A stretch of 64,000 nucleotides of DNA from Bacteroidaceae bacterium. GTDB lineage: Bacteria > Bacteroidota > Bacteroidia > Bacteroidales > Bacteroidaceae. Below, piece by piece: positions 1 to 9,248 of the stretch. The position numbers were made by a program, and so were the translations under genes. The notes under the pieces were generated by a model. That model ran no database searches. It was not told where the DNA came from and worked only from the letters and a program-made list of their open reading frames with translations. The stretch is from positions 98,472 through 162,471 of the forward strand of contig JAFYOS010000027.1 in assembly GCA_017560125.1 (NCBI GenBank), written 5' to 3'. Positions within the stretch are counted from its first letter, which is position 1. Every line of letters begins with the position of its first letter.

Positions 1-103
1 TTTCCAAATGCACCGTTCCGGCCTTGGCCAGTTCTTCATATTTCTGTGCACCGGCTGTCAGCGTCATCAGCATGAATATGGTGAATATAGCAAATCTTAC
101 CAT
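1..103 (-). CDS. 5' end of a secreted protein (partial, runs off the window)
   Basis: Reverse strand has ATG at 103..101 followed by MVRFAIFTIFMLMTLTAGAQKYEELAKAGTVHLE. This is a hydrophobic signal peptide ending A|Q. Too short for a family call. Confidence 0.5.
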   Translation of the reverse strand, partial: MVRFAIFTIFMLMTLTAGAQKYEELAKAGTVHLE

Positions 104-291
104 TTCGTTTTTTTCTTTTTATATGATAATCTTAGATGTTTTTCTGTCCTAAAGGTTTAATAGGTGCGCTCTCAGTTCGTTGTTGCTGTTAGGCGTTTCG
201 GTGTAAATTTTTTTCTTCTCGGGCTGTTGCAGTTCCTTGCCGATGGCCTTCGTGTTTCCGCGGGTTTATGGCACCTGCTTAATCCGGAGTG

Positions 292-299
292 CAAAATTA
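292..299 (-). promoter_or_regulatory. Candidate Bacteroidetes -7 promoter box (TAATTTTG on the minus strand)
   Basis: Exact match to TAnnTTTG. It lies about 190 nt upstream of the minus-strand ATG at 103, which would imply a long leader. Confidence 0.3.
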
Positions 300-858
300 C
301 GCACAAGAAAAATTAAACAGCGAAGGTTGCGGTTAATAATCCGTAACAGGTTTTTGAAATTATATTTATTTGTGATTTTATCGCCGCCGTCTGTTGCCTC
401 GACAGACCTAACGGCCTAAAGAACTATAACCCCCAAGGGGTTGTATTGGTGGTAGTGGCACAAACAACCGTAGCGACTATAGTGGCCGCCGTCAGAGTGG
501 TCGTTATGTTATGGATGTGTGCCATTGTCTGTTTTGATTACGAATGGCGCAAAGTAAAATGTTTTTTTTCGGAAAAAAAAGAAATTGCAAGAGAAATTTC
601 ACATGTGTGTAATAGGTTGCCAGGCTTGCGCTGCTAAGTGCTTGTATAATCATGTTTTATGCGTGATGTGTATGCTTTGTAGTACGGTGTGTCCCTTGCA
701 CATGCGGGTGCTGTCTATTATAAATAGGCCCTTCCATGTGCGAAAAAAAGGCTCGCCGACAACGAAGGATGTAGAAACTTCGATAAAAGTTTCGTCATTT
801 GCGAAGGAATGGGTATCTTCGCAACCGAAACGGGCTCCCATGGTCGGAGTACGGGTGC

Positions 859-930
859 GCCCTTGTAGTTCAATGGATAGAATGGAGGTTTCCTAAACCT
901 TAGATTTGGGTTCGATTCCCAGCGAGGGTA
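859..930 (+). tRNA. tRNA-Arg (anticodon CCT)
   Basis: 72-nt cloverleaf folded by hand. Acceptor gcccttg/cgagggt, D stem gttc/gaat, anticodon stem gaggt/acctt with loop ttCCTaa, T arm ttggg-ttcgatt-cccag, discriminator A, no encoded CCA. Confidence 0.9.
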
Positions 931-977
931 CTAAAGCAGGTTGTACACCTGCTTTTTTATTTCAATTAGGCGTGTCT

Positions 978-1727
978 ATGAAAAATATCTTTTTTACAGC
1001 TTTGATGCTCATGCTTTTAGTGTCGTGCGGTGTGGGCAAGCAGTCGCGCATGGTGGCCCATCGTGGATATTGGCAGACCGAGGGTTCGCACGAAAATTCC
1101 ATTTCGTCCCTGAAGAACGCCATAGCGCTGGGTGTTTATGGCAGCGAATGCGATGTGCGCCAGACAGCTGACGGGGTGCTTGTGCTGTTCCACAACGCCA
1201 AGCTCGACGATGGTCGCGTGGTGTCCGATATGAAATATGCCGAACTGGCCGACTATCGTTTGCCCAATGGCGAGAGAATACCTACCTTCGAAGAGGCACT
1301 TGTGGCAATGGGCGATGCTCCGCGCAAGTTCAAGCTGGTGATAGAGGTCAAGGAAGCCGATGTAAGCAAAATAGTCGCGATGGTGGAGCGTTACAACCTC
1401 GAGAAAAAGGTGGAGTACATTGCATTTGGTCGTTCGCATTGCATGGATCTCATTGCGATGAACAAGGGGTTGCGTGTTTCCTATCTTGCCGGTAACGAAA
1501 AGAGCGCATGGACTCCCAAGGAGCTCAAAGAGAAGGGATTCTACGGGCTCGATTATTCGGCGGGGCTTTTGAAATCGCGTCCCGAGTGGATTAAAGAGGC
1601 GCACGATTTAGGCCTCGATGTCAATGTGTGGACAGTGAACGATTCGGTTGATATAGACCGCTTCTTTAAGCAGGGCGTCGATAAGGTGACGACCGATATT
1701 CCTGCCGTTTACAAGAAAAAACGATAA
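978..1727 (+). CDS. Glycerophosphodiester phosphodiesterase family lipoprotein
   Basis: GDPD motifs are present (HRGYW..ENS, GSECDVRQTADGVLVLFHN). The start was moved to ATG 978 (MKNIFFTALMLMLLVSCG lipobox) because the ORF-track start at 906 lies inside the tRNA. Confidence 0.85.
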   Translation: MKNIFFTALMLMLLVSCGVGKQSRMVAHRGYWQTEGSHENSISSLKNAIALGVYGSECDVRQTADGVLVLFHNAKLDDGRVVSDMKYAELADYRLPNGERIPTFEEALVAMGDAPRKFKLVIEVKEADVSKIVAMVERYNLEKKVEYIAFGRSHCMDLIAMNKGLRVSYLAGNEKSAWTPKELKEKGFYGLDYSAGLLKSRPEWIKEAHDLGLDVNVWTVNDSVDIDRFFKQGVDKVTTDIPAVYKKKR

Positions 1728-1763
1728 CCGGTGGTGGCTTCTATGCTGCCCTTGGAAAATAGC

Positions 1764-1792
1764 AATGCCCGGCCATGGCCGGGCATTTTTTT
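1764..1792. terminator. Intrinsic terminator between convergent genes
   Basis: 11-bp GC-rich inverted repeat aatgcccggcc/ggccgggcatt followed by T7. Confidence 0.7.
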
Positions 1793-1808
1793 ATCGGTTT
1801 CTGCCGTG

Positions 1809-3059
1809 CTAGAATTTCGCGTCACAGCCAACGCTGCGTTGCAGTTCCACCCAGCGGACAGCCTTGTTGTATAGTGCTTCAGTGTATTCGGTGTGCATCA
1901 GGTTCACCGTCTGCTGTATTTCGATGAGCTCGAGCAGCGATATTTCGCCCAGCAGGTAGGCCTTCCTTTTGCCGGCGAGAAGGCTCTTTGCCTCGGCAAG
2001 TATGTTGCCGTCGAATGTTCTTACCTGTCTGTCGGCGGCCTTGTAGTTGCCCACAGCCTGCAGCACCTCGGTCTGCACTATAAGGCGCGTGTTCAGCTCC
2101 TCTTTCTGTGCCTGTTCCACGCGCAAACGGTCGACCTCGCGTGCGCCCTTGTTCATATTCGAAAATTTTATGGGCATTGCGGCGCCAATGAAATATTTAG
2201 TGAATTTCTGCGAATTATCGCTGGCGATGTTATGCTCGGCGCCTATGTTCAGCGATATATCGGTGCGGCGGTTGCGGCTGTTCATCTTCTGCATGGCTTC
2301 GGCTACATCGCTGTTGGCCATTGCCGCCAACAGGTCGGCGCGTCTGCCGAGTGCTTCGGCAATGTAGGTGTCGGGCTCTTTCAGTTCGGGGTTTATGACC
2401 AGGCTGCCCTTGCCACGCAGTGTGGATGCGCCCTCGCAGTTACCCATGTAATAGCCCAGTGCGATGGCACTCTCCTCTATGGCCGCTTCGGCTGCAATCA
2501 CTCTGTTTTTGGCGACGGCACACTCCAGTCGGCTGTGAATCCATTCGCTCTCCGATATCTCGCCGCTGATGTGGCGCAAGCTGTCGCTTGTAGATATTCC
2601 GCGCAGGTTGTCGTAGTTCTCGGCGAGGTTCTCTTTCAGCGCGATAGCCTTCAGGTGCGACAGATATGCAATGGTGGCATCGGCCTGGAAATTGCGCAGA
2701 TATTCCTGCACGACGGCCGCTGTCATCTCCCTCTCCTGCTGGGCGAGGGCTATTCCCGCCTTGCGCACTCCGAAGGTGAATGTACGGCTCAGCTCGGCAG
2801 TGATGCTTTCGCCCAGTTTCGTATTCCAATCCTCGTTGTTGCCATATGCAATGGCAATGGTGGGGTCGTTGTATGTGCGCGAGCTTTTCACTTCGGCGTC
2901 GGCAATCTCTATGTTCATGCTTTGCGCTGCAAGTGCGGCATTGCCCTTCAGTGCGCGTTGCATGTATTCGCCGTATGTTATCTCCTGTGCATTGAGCGCG
3001 AAGCCCATCAACAGGGATAATATTATTGTTATGCTTCTGTTTATCATGTGGCTATTCAT
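1809..3059 (-). CDS. TolC-family outer membrane efflux protein
   Basis: 416 aa. Signal peptide ends ALNA|Q. Repetitive alanine-rich coiled-coil/beta-barrel composition is typical of the outer membrane efflux protein family. An alternative start at M5 is possible. Confidence 0.75.
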   Translation of the reverse strand: MNSHMINRSITIILSLLMGFALNAQEITYGEYMQRALKGNAALAAQSMNIEIADAEVKSSRTYNDPTIAIAYGNNEDWNTKLGESITAELSRTFTFGVRKAGIALAQQEREMTAAVVQEYLRNFQADATIAYLSHLKAIALKENLAENYDNLRGISTSDSLRHISGEISESEWIHSRLECAVAKNRVIAAEAAIEESAIALGYYMGNCEGASTLRGKGSLVINPELKEPDTYIAEALGRRADLLAAMANSDVAEAMQKMNSRNRRTDISLNIGAEHNIASDNSQKFTKYFIGAAMPIKFSNMNKGAREVDRLRVEQAQKEELNTRLIVQTEVLQAVGNYKAADRQVRTFDGNILAEAKSLLAGKRKAYLLGEISLLELIEIQQTVNLMHTEYTEALYNKAVRWVELQRSVGCDAKF

Positions 3060-4488
3060 TTACCGGTGTGATGCCTTTTTCGGCGGCTTTTTTCAGTACA
3101 TATTCGAGCGCGGCATCGTGCTCGTTGGGTATTATTCCGTCGAGTATGGCGTCCTTTACCGAGGTCTTCAACTGGCCCACCAGGGCGCAAGGCTCAAGCG
3201 CGAAGATGCGCATTATCTCCTCGCCATCGACGGGAGGCTGGAAATTGCGTATTCGATCTTTCTCCTCTATGTCTTTGAGCTTTTGTCGCACGGTCTGGAA
3301 GTTCTGCAGGAATTTTTTCTTGCGCACTTCGTTCTTCGAGGTGATGTCGGCCTCGCACAATTGCATCAGGTCGTCGATGTCGTCGCCGGCGTCGAACAGC
3401 AGGCGTCTGACCGCCGAGTCGGTTACAATGTCGTCGGCAATGGCTATGGGGCGCATGTGCAGGTTTACCAATTTGGCCACGTAGCGCATTTTTTCGTTCT
3501 GCGGCATCTTGAACTCCTTGAATATCTGCATAACCATTTTCTCGCCCACTATGTTGTGGTTGTGGAATGTCCAGAACTGTATGGGGTCCCACCTTTTTGT
3601 GCGTGGCTTGCCTATGTCGTGGAGCAGGGCTGCCCATCGCAGCCACAGGTTGTCGCTCTTGGCTGCCACGTTGTCGAGCACCTCCAGTGTGTGGTAGAAC
3701 ATCTCCTTGTGGCTGCGGCCGTTTCTCGTTTCCACTCCCTGCATGGCTGCCAGTTGCGGGAATATAAGCTGCAGCAGTCCGCATCGGTCGAGCTCGATGA
3801 AGCCTTTCGATGGGGTGGGCGACATCAATATCTTGTTGAGCTCTTCGTTTATCCTTTCGCGCGAAATAATCTTTATGCGCTCCTTGTTCTCGCACAAGGC
3901 ATCGAATGTTTCGTCCTCGATGTAGAAATTCAATTGCGTGGCAAAGCGTATGCAACGCATCATGCGCAGTGGGTCGTCCGAGAAGGTTATTCCGGGCTCG
4001 AGCGGGGTGCGTATTATGCGGTCTTCCAGGTCGTAGGTTCCTTCGAAGGGATCGACAAGCTCGCCGAAGCGTTCTTTGTTCAGGCACACCGCCATCGCGT
4101 TTATTGTGAAGTCGCGACGGTTTTGGTCGTCCTCGAGTGTGCCATCCTCTACAATGGGGTTGCGCGAGTCGTGGCTGTACGACTCCTTGCGTGCACCGAC
4201 GAATTCAATCTCCTGATCGCGGTACTTCACTTGCGCCGTGCCGAAATTGGCATATACGGCCAAGTGGGCTCCCTTGCCCAGTTTCTTGCTGAAGGCACGC
4301 GCCATCTCTATTCCTTTGCCCACCACCACTACGTCGATGTCGGTAGAGGGGCGTTGCAGAAAAATGTCGCGCACGTAGCCGCCTACGATGTAGCACTCCA
4401 TGCCAAGCTCGTCGGCCGTTTCCGAAATCTTGTGAAACAAGGGCTTGTCGAGTATTTTTTTCAGTTCCTCGCGGGTTGGTATATACAT
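3052..4488 (-). CDS. tRNA nucleotidyltransferase / poly(A) polymerase family protein with HD domain (CCA-adding type)
   Basis: Has the CYIVGGYVRD..DIDVVV nucleotidyltransferase motif, RRDFTINA, and a C-terminal HD region (LLHDIGKP). I prefer the start at M27 (4488). The ORF-track start at 4566 is the alternative. Confidence 0.85.
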   Translation of the reverse strand: MYIPTREELKKILDKPLFHKISETADELGMECYIVGGYVRDIFLQRPSTDIDVVVVGKGIEMARAFSKKLGKGAHLAVYANFGTAQVKYRDQEIEFVGARKESYSHDSRNPIVEDGTLEDDQNRRDFTINAMAVCLNKERFGELVDPFEGTYDLEDRIIRTPLEPGITFSDDPLRMMRCIRFATQLNFYIEDETFDALCENKERIKIISRERINEELNKILMSPTPSKGFIELDRCGLLQLIFPQLAAMQGVETRNGRSHKEMFYHTLEVLDNVAAKSDNLWLRWAALLHDIGKPRTKRWDPIQFWTFHNHNIVGEKMVMQIFKEFKMPQNEKMRYVAKLVNLHMRPIAIADDIVTDSAVRRLLFDAGDDIDDLMQLCEADITSKNEVRKKKFLQNFQTVRQKLKDIEEKDRIRNFQPPVDGEEIMRIFALEPCALVGQLKTSVKDAILDGIIPNEHDAALEYVLKKAAEKGITPVNE

Positions 4489-4614
4489 TGTCGTAATATC
4501 GTTGTTAGTGCATTGCTCGCTCAGCATGCAAAGATAGCTCGTCGCGCGCAATGGCTGAATAGTCATTTATTGTTATTTTGGCGGCAGTGGTAATGTACAT
4601 TCGCTGCCATGATG

Positions 4615-4622
4615 CAAAAATA
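4615..4622 (-). promoter_or_regulatory. Candidate -7 promoter box (TATTTTTG on the minus strand)
   Basis: Exact TAnnTTTG match upstream of the nucleotidyltransferase gene. Confidence 0.4.
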
Positions 4623-4769
4623 ATATTTATATCTTGAATTATTTCCTATGACGAAATATCTTTTTTCATACATGCGCTCTTATTGTGCTTTCTTGCGTAA
4701 TCGTGGGTGTGCAACGGGGCTTGGTGGCGACTAAATTATCTTTTTTTTCATTTAACCGAAATTTAGTTG

Positions 4770-4777
4770 TACTTTTG
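4770..4777 (+). promoter_or_regulatory. Candidate -7 promoter box (TACTTTTG)
   Basis: Exact TAnnTTTG match 23 nt upstream of the ATG at 4800. Confidence 0.45.
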
Positions 4778-4799
4778 TTCCCTGTAATCAATAATCGTT

Positions 4800-5645
4800 A
4801 TGAAAAGAACTATTTATATCCTTGCCCTTTGTGCATTGTCGTTTGTGGCGGTGTCGTGTGGCGAATCTATTGAGGAGCAGGCTGCCCGTTCGTTGCAGAT
4901 GGCTCAGGCTGCTTTCGAAGGCGGCGATTTTCAGGGTGCCAAATTGCAACTCGACAGTATTAAAATATTATATCCCAAGGCCTTCGAGGCGCGTCGCGAG
5001 GCACTGAAGCTCATGCGCGAAGTGGAACTGGCCGAGCAGCAGCGCAATGTAGCTTGCCTCGACAGCATGCTGGGTGCCAAGCGTGCCGAATTGGAGGAAA
5101 TGCTCAAGAGCGGCTTTACCTTCGAGAAGGACGAGAAGTATCAGGAGGTAGGTAATTTCATGGCAGCATCGCAGGCGCCTATGAAAAACCTCAACAACAC
5201 CTATCTGCGTGCCCAGGTGGATGAACATGGTGTGATGACCGTCACTTCGATATACAAGGGTCGTCCCATTGGCCACAACAAGGTCAAGGTGAGCTCGGGC
5301 GACAGCTATGCCGAGTCGGCCAACCCCATCAGCAACTACACTTCGAAGCATATGGGCGTAACCACCGAGCGCGTCGATTTTCGTTTGGGCAAGGACGAGG
5401 GCATCATCGGCTTCATCGTACTCAATTCCGACAAGAAAATAAAGGTGGAGCTTATCGGTAATTCCACCCATAGCTACACCATGCGCGGCGAGGATATCAA
5501 GGCTATCAAATCGCTCTACAATCTCTCTTTCCTGTTGCGCTCGATAGAGGAGCTCGAGAAACAGCGCGGTGAGGCGCAGCGCCACATCGAATTTGTTAAC
5601 CGCAACAAGCAGCGTGGCGACAGTGCGGTTGTTGAAAACAAGTAA
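4800..5645 (+). CDS. Hypothetical lipoprotein
   Basis: 281 aa. Lipobox is ALSFVAVSCG. There is an N-terminal helical (TPR-like/coiled-coil) stretch. No family recognised. Confidence 0.6.
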   Translation: MKRTIYILALCALSFVAVSCGESIEEQAARSLQMAQAAFEGGDFQGAKLQLDSIKILYPKAFEARREALKLMREVELAEQQRNVACLDSMLGAKRAELEEMLKSGFTFEKDEKYQEVGNFMAASQAPMKNLNNTYLRAQVDEHGVMTVTSIYKGRPIGHNKVKVSSGDSYAESANPISNYTSKHMGVTTERVDFRLGKDEGIIGFIVLNSDKKIKVELIGNSTHSYTMRGEDIKAIKSLYNLSFLLRSIEELEKQRGEAQRHIEFVNRNKQRGDSAVVENK

Positions 5646-5666
5646 TACGTAGTACATTATAAGCAA

Positions 5667-5698
5667 ACGCGACAGGCTGACAGCCTGTCGCGTTTTTT
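5667..5698. terminator. Intrinsic terminator between convergent genes
   Basis: 13-bp inverted repeat acgcgacaggctg/cagcctgtcgcgt followed by T6. Confidence 0.75.
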
Positions 5699-5705
5699 CT
5701 TGTCG

Positions 5706-8700
5706 CTATTTTACGAATATCTTCTTTCCCTTTTTTATGTATATGCCCTCGGTGGGGTTATATACACGGCGACCGTTGAGGTCGTATATTTTACCATCGT
5801 TTCTCTTCTCTTCGTCCGTGGCGGCGATGCCTGTGGCTGTCTGTGTGAAGTCGATGACAATGTTGTCGCCGGCCTTCGAGGGTATGCGGCATACATCCTT
5901 GGCCTGTTTTTCCACATTTACCTCCTCGCCGTTTACGGTTACAAGCGCGCTGTTCACGCCGTCGTATTTCACGTAGCATGCCTCGCCCTTGTTATTGGCG
6001 ATGGTGGCTTTGGTGGCCTTGCCTTCTCTCCATTCGATGCCTACAGTGAAATCGCCCACGGCCTTCAGTCCGCTGACGCTTCCGCCTGCCCACACCGACG
6101 GTAGCGCGGGGTGCAGGTGTATGGTGTCGGTGTGGCTTTGCATCAGCAGCTCGGCCACGCCGGCGCACACTCCGAAATTACCGTCAATTTGGAAGGGGGC
6201 GTGCGAATCGAACAGGTTGTAGTAGATGCCGCCCTTGTATTGGTCGGTGCTGTACGATGTGGAGTGCTTCAAGGCGTTCTTTATGATAACGTGGGCGTGG
6301 TTGCCGTCGAGAGCGCGTGCCCACAGGTTGACCTTCCAGCCCATAGACCAGCCTGTTGCGGCGTCGCCACGCAGTTTCAGCGCGTTGACGGCGGGTACAA
6401 AGTATTCGCTGCTGGGCGATATCTGGTCGAGCGGGTGCAGACACATCAGGTGTGACATGTGGCGATGGGCCTTGTCGTTGCTGACGGTGTAGCTCGAGTA
6501 TTTCCACTCGCGAAGCAGCTTGGCGCCTTTGCTCACCTTGTTCTGTGTGCCCCAGTCGGCCCATGTGCCACCCTTGAACTGCTCTACATGCAGTCCCTGG
6601 TCGGTATTGGCAAGATACTCCTCGAGGGTTGCCATCTGCTCGTCGGTGAGGCCGCACGCCTGCTGTCCCAATGCCTCTATGGCCTTCTTTACATATACAA
6701 GGTGGGTATATACCAACTGCTGGGCATGCGCGGTGGCATCCTCGGTGGGGTTGTCGTTCTGCTCGGGCGAATATTCGTCGGGGCACACCCATGTGCCATC
6801 GCCCACCTTACGGTCTTTTATCATGCGCTCGAACCAGAATTCTGCGCAGCTCCACATGACGGGGAAGGCGCGTGCAAGGAAATCCTTGTCCAGTGTGTAG
6901 CGGTAGTGCTGCCACAGGTGTGAGCAGTACCATACGTTGGCAACGAAGTAGTTGCTGCCCCATGTGCTCATGCCACCGAATATATTGCTCTCGGTGAATA
7001 CCGTCCAGCCCTTGGTCTGTCCGCCGCGCTGTGCCGCCTTCTTCCAATTGTCGCGCTGTGCCATGGTTATAATGTAGTCGAGGAAGGGCATGTGCGTGTC
7101 GCTCAGGTTGGTGGGCTCGGCCGGCCAGTAGTTCATCTGTATATTGATGTTGGTGTGTATGTCCGAGTTCCATGGAGCATTCTCCAGGTTGTTCCATATG
7201 CCTTGCAGGTTGTTGGGGACGTTGATGCCTCGCGAGCTCGATATGAGCAGGTAGCGTCCATAGGCAAAATAGAGCTGCTCGAGGAAGAGCACTTCGGGCT
7301 CCTTGCCTGTTACGTTCTTGCTTGCGGTGTTGTAGTTGTCGATGAGCACGTTTGTGGGTACGCTCGACGCTGCACCGCCCAGTTTGAAATTGACGCGTCC
7401 CATGTAGCTCCTGAAATTATCCACGTGGTCGCTGTAGAGCGCTTCCCAGCTTTTTTGTGCGGCTGCGTTCACATATCCTTTTATTTTTGCAGCAAGGCCG
7501 CTTGTGCCCGAAACGCATGAGGCCTTCGACGAATCGTAGTCGGTTCCGCCACTGAAAATAAGTGTCACTGCATTGGCGTTGCTGACGGTTATTCCATCCT
7601 TGTCGGTTGCGACCTGTGCGCCTTCGCCGTCGGGTACCACGCGGAAGTGTGCGCTATATGTCACGGTGGTGAGCTTGCCGCCGAATGTGGCAGTGCCGTT
7701 GCTGTATGTGACGGTCGATGCGTTTATTCCAGTGCCGGGCTCCACGCTGAAGCGCAAGCTCAGTTTCTCGCCCTCCGATGCGGTGTAGCGTGCGGCTATC
7801 ACGTTGTCGGGCTGCGATGAAATATATTTGCGCTCATAAGACGCGCTGCCATCTACGTTGCTGTATTTCACACCAGCCACACCCGCCTCGATGTCGAGGT
7901 AACGTACATACTCCTTGGCTGCCGTTGCCGTGCTGTAGCCGATGCTGCCGCTGAGATCCTCGACGAACACCGAACCGAAGTTCTTGTAGCCACCGTAGCT
8001 ACCCATGTCGTTGGGACCGCCCTGCCACAATGTCTTTTCGTTGAACTGGATTTCGTCGCGGGCTATTCCTCCGAAGAGTGATGCTCCAAGCTGTCCGTTA
8101 CCAATGGGTAGTGAGTATTCCATCCACTTGTTGCCGGCGTCGGTGAGTGTCGCGGGCTTGTTGTACCACAGCGTGAGTGTGTTCTCGGGTGTGAATGTCT
8201 CGGCACCGAATATTTTGAAATCGGGGCTTTTTATATCCTGTTGCTTGGTGAATTTCAGGGGGTTGTTCTGGTCGCCCTTGTCCCAAAAACCTACCTCCGA
8301 GGTGCTCCAACCACCGCCGCCCAGGCGATTAAGGCCGGTGGCTGTGAGCGACGGGTTGCGTGGTACTATTTCGAACAGCGTTGTGTAGGTGCTGTTGGTG
8401 GTTTCTTCGAAACGGAATCCGTGGGGGTCGGGGGTGGTGCCGGTCTTCAGGCGACCGTCCGATTTTGTGCTGCCGCTTACATAGGCATAGAGCCCCGATT
8501 TGCTTACAATCTGGAAGCTATCTACCTCGCCGGTGAATTTCCAAAGATGTTCGTCGGCTACTTCGAGGCCGGCAAATGCTACGGTGCTTCCGCTGCCGCA
8601 CTCCTTGAACGACTGGTCGCTGATGGCAAATTGTATGTAGTACCACTGCTCGTTATCGAGGAGGCTGAAAATGGGGACGATGGGGCAGCTTGGCAGGAAT

Positions 8701-9161
8701 GTCACAGGGTTGTTGTTGTCGCCGGCGCTCCATTCGCCCAGCTCGGCGCCGGTCGATGTGCCGCCCCATTGGTTCATGCTCTGCCCGCTGGCGCTTTTGC
8801 GCTGAATCTCCCAACCGCCTGCGCCGTTGGTGCTCTTCATTATCTTGAGCGCTGTCTTGGACGATGCCGATGCGGCAAATTTGCTACCGTTGTAATAGAT
8901 GTAGTTACCGCTTTTGCTCTTCATGTACATGTCGTCGGCTGTGCCGATGAACTGCCATTGGTTGGCGTCGCTCTTGGCCTTGGTGGCCGTTTGCAGGTTC
9001 TTGCCGCTGCCTTTGTCGCTCAGTACATTGCCGCCGGTCTTGAATTGCACGAAGTACCACAGGGGCGATGCCTCGCTTGAAAATTCGGGAAGTACGTCTT
9101 GTGCATAGGTTGCCAATGTCGCGAAAATGGCAAACAGGGACAGAGTGATTTTCTTTAGCAT
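5706..9161 (-). CDS. Glycoside hydrolase family 95 (alpha-L-fucosidase type) with N-terminal tandem lectin-like repeats and a T9SS C-terminal sorting domain
   Basis: GH95 signatures are present (LWYNKPA..W.EYSLPIGNGQLGASLFGG..FNEKTLW and NLQGIWN..PWNSDIHTNINIQMNYWPAE). Signal peptide ends TYA|Q. The C-terminal ~80 aa end in KIYDLNGRRVYNPTEGIYIKKGKKIFVK, typical of the Por/T9SS CTD. Confidence 0.85.
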   Translation of the reverse strand: MLKKITLSLFAIFATLATYAQDVLPEFSSEASPLWYFVQFKTGGNVLSDKGSGKNLQTATKAKSDANQWQFIGTADDMYMKSKSGNYIYYNGSKFAASASSKTALKIMKSTNGAGGWEIQRKSASGQSMNQWGGTSTGAELGEWSAGDNNNPVTFLPSCPIVPIFSLLDNEQWYYIQFAISDQSFKECGSGSTVAFAGLEVADEHLWKFTGEVDSFQIVSKSGLYAYVSGSTKSDGRLKTGTTPDPHGFRFEETTNSTYTTLFEIVPRNPSLTATGLNRLGGGGWSTSEVGFWDKGDQNNPLKFTKQQDIKSPDFKIFGAETFTPENTLTLWYNKPATLTDAGNKWMEYSLPIGNGQLGASLFGGIARDEIQFNEKTLWQGGPNDMGSYGGYKNFGSVFVEDLSGSIGYSTATAAKEYVRYLDIEAGVAGVKYSNVDGSASYERKYISSQPDNVIAARYTASEGEKLSLRFSVEPGTGINASTVTYSNGTATFGGKLTTVTYSAHFRVVPDGEGAQVATDKDGITVSNANAVTLIFSGGTDYDSSKASCVSGTSGLAAKIKGYVNAAAQKSWEALYSDHVDNFRSYMGRVNFKLGGAASSVPTNVLIDNYNTASKNVTGKEPEVLFLEQLYFAYGRYLLISSSRGINVPNNLQGIWNNLENAPWNSDIHTNINIQMNYWPAEPTNLSDTHMPFLDYIITMAQRDNWKKAAQRGGQTKGWTVFTESNIFGGMSTWGSNYFVANVWYCSHLWQHYRYTLDKDFLARAFPVMWSCAEFWFERMIKDRKVGDGTWVCPDEYSPEQNDNPTEDATAHAQQLVYTHLVYVKKAIEALGQQACGLTDEQMATLEEYLANTDQGLHVEQFKGGTWADWGTQNKVSKGAKLLREWKYSSYTVSNDKAHRHMSHLMCLHPLDQISPSSEYFVPAVNALKLRGDAATGWSMGWKVNLWARALDGNHAHVIIKNALKHSTSYSTDQYKGGIYYNLFDSHAPFQIDGNFGVCAGVAELLMQSHTDTIHLHPALPSVWAGGSVSGLKAVGDFTVGIEWREGKATKATIANNKGEACYVKYDGVNSALVTVNGEEVNVEKQAKDVCRIPSKAGDNIVIDFTQTATGIAATDEEKRNDGKIYDLNGRRVYNPTEGIYIKKGKKIFVK

Positions 9162-9248
9162 ATGGTTCGTTATTTACGGTTTCTGGAAATATTTCGTAAA
9201 TATTGTGAAAATCTATCTTCTGTGCAACTATTTAATGATAATTATTAT

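Noticed and set aside
104-290. A CTGAGA-containing stretch in the putative minus-strand leader as a TPP (THI-box) riboswitch.
   Set aside because: Only the hexamer matches. The flanking conserved THI-box elements (the ACCC...CCTGATCTGGATAATGCCAGCG type) are absent.
585-896. A Cys-rich 103-aa ORF (CVIGCQACAAKC...CVMCMLCSTVC) that could be a small metal-binding or ferredoxin-like protein.
   Set aside because: The Cys spacing does not match 4Fe-4S or zinc-ribbon patterns. The ORF runs into and overlaps tRNA-Arg (859-930), and its C-terminal half is implausible. The Cys codons come from a TG-rich tract.
906-977. N-terminal extension of the GDPD ORF as given in the ORF track.
   Set aside because: The extension overlaps the 3' end of tRNA-Arg. 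The internal ATG at 978 gives a canonical lipoprotein signal peptide.
2671-4593. A 640-aa plus-strand ORF, together with similar very long ORFs antisense to known genes (12796-14100, 21402-22490, 29269-30606, 33666-35243, 48180-49679, 52467-54002, 58041-60032).
   Set aside because: Each lies exactly opposite a confidently identified gene (nucleotidyltransferase, sprA, ABC transporter, nuoCD, nuoL, GH3, cysS, nrdD). Their translations are low-complexity, rich in Val/Ala/His/Arg/Gly, and carry no motifs. They are shadow ORFs caused by codon bias, not overlapping genes.
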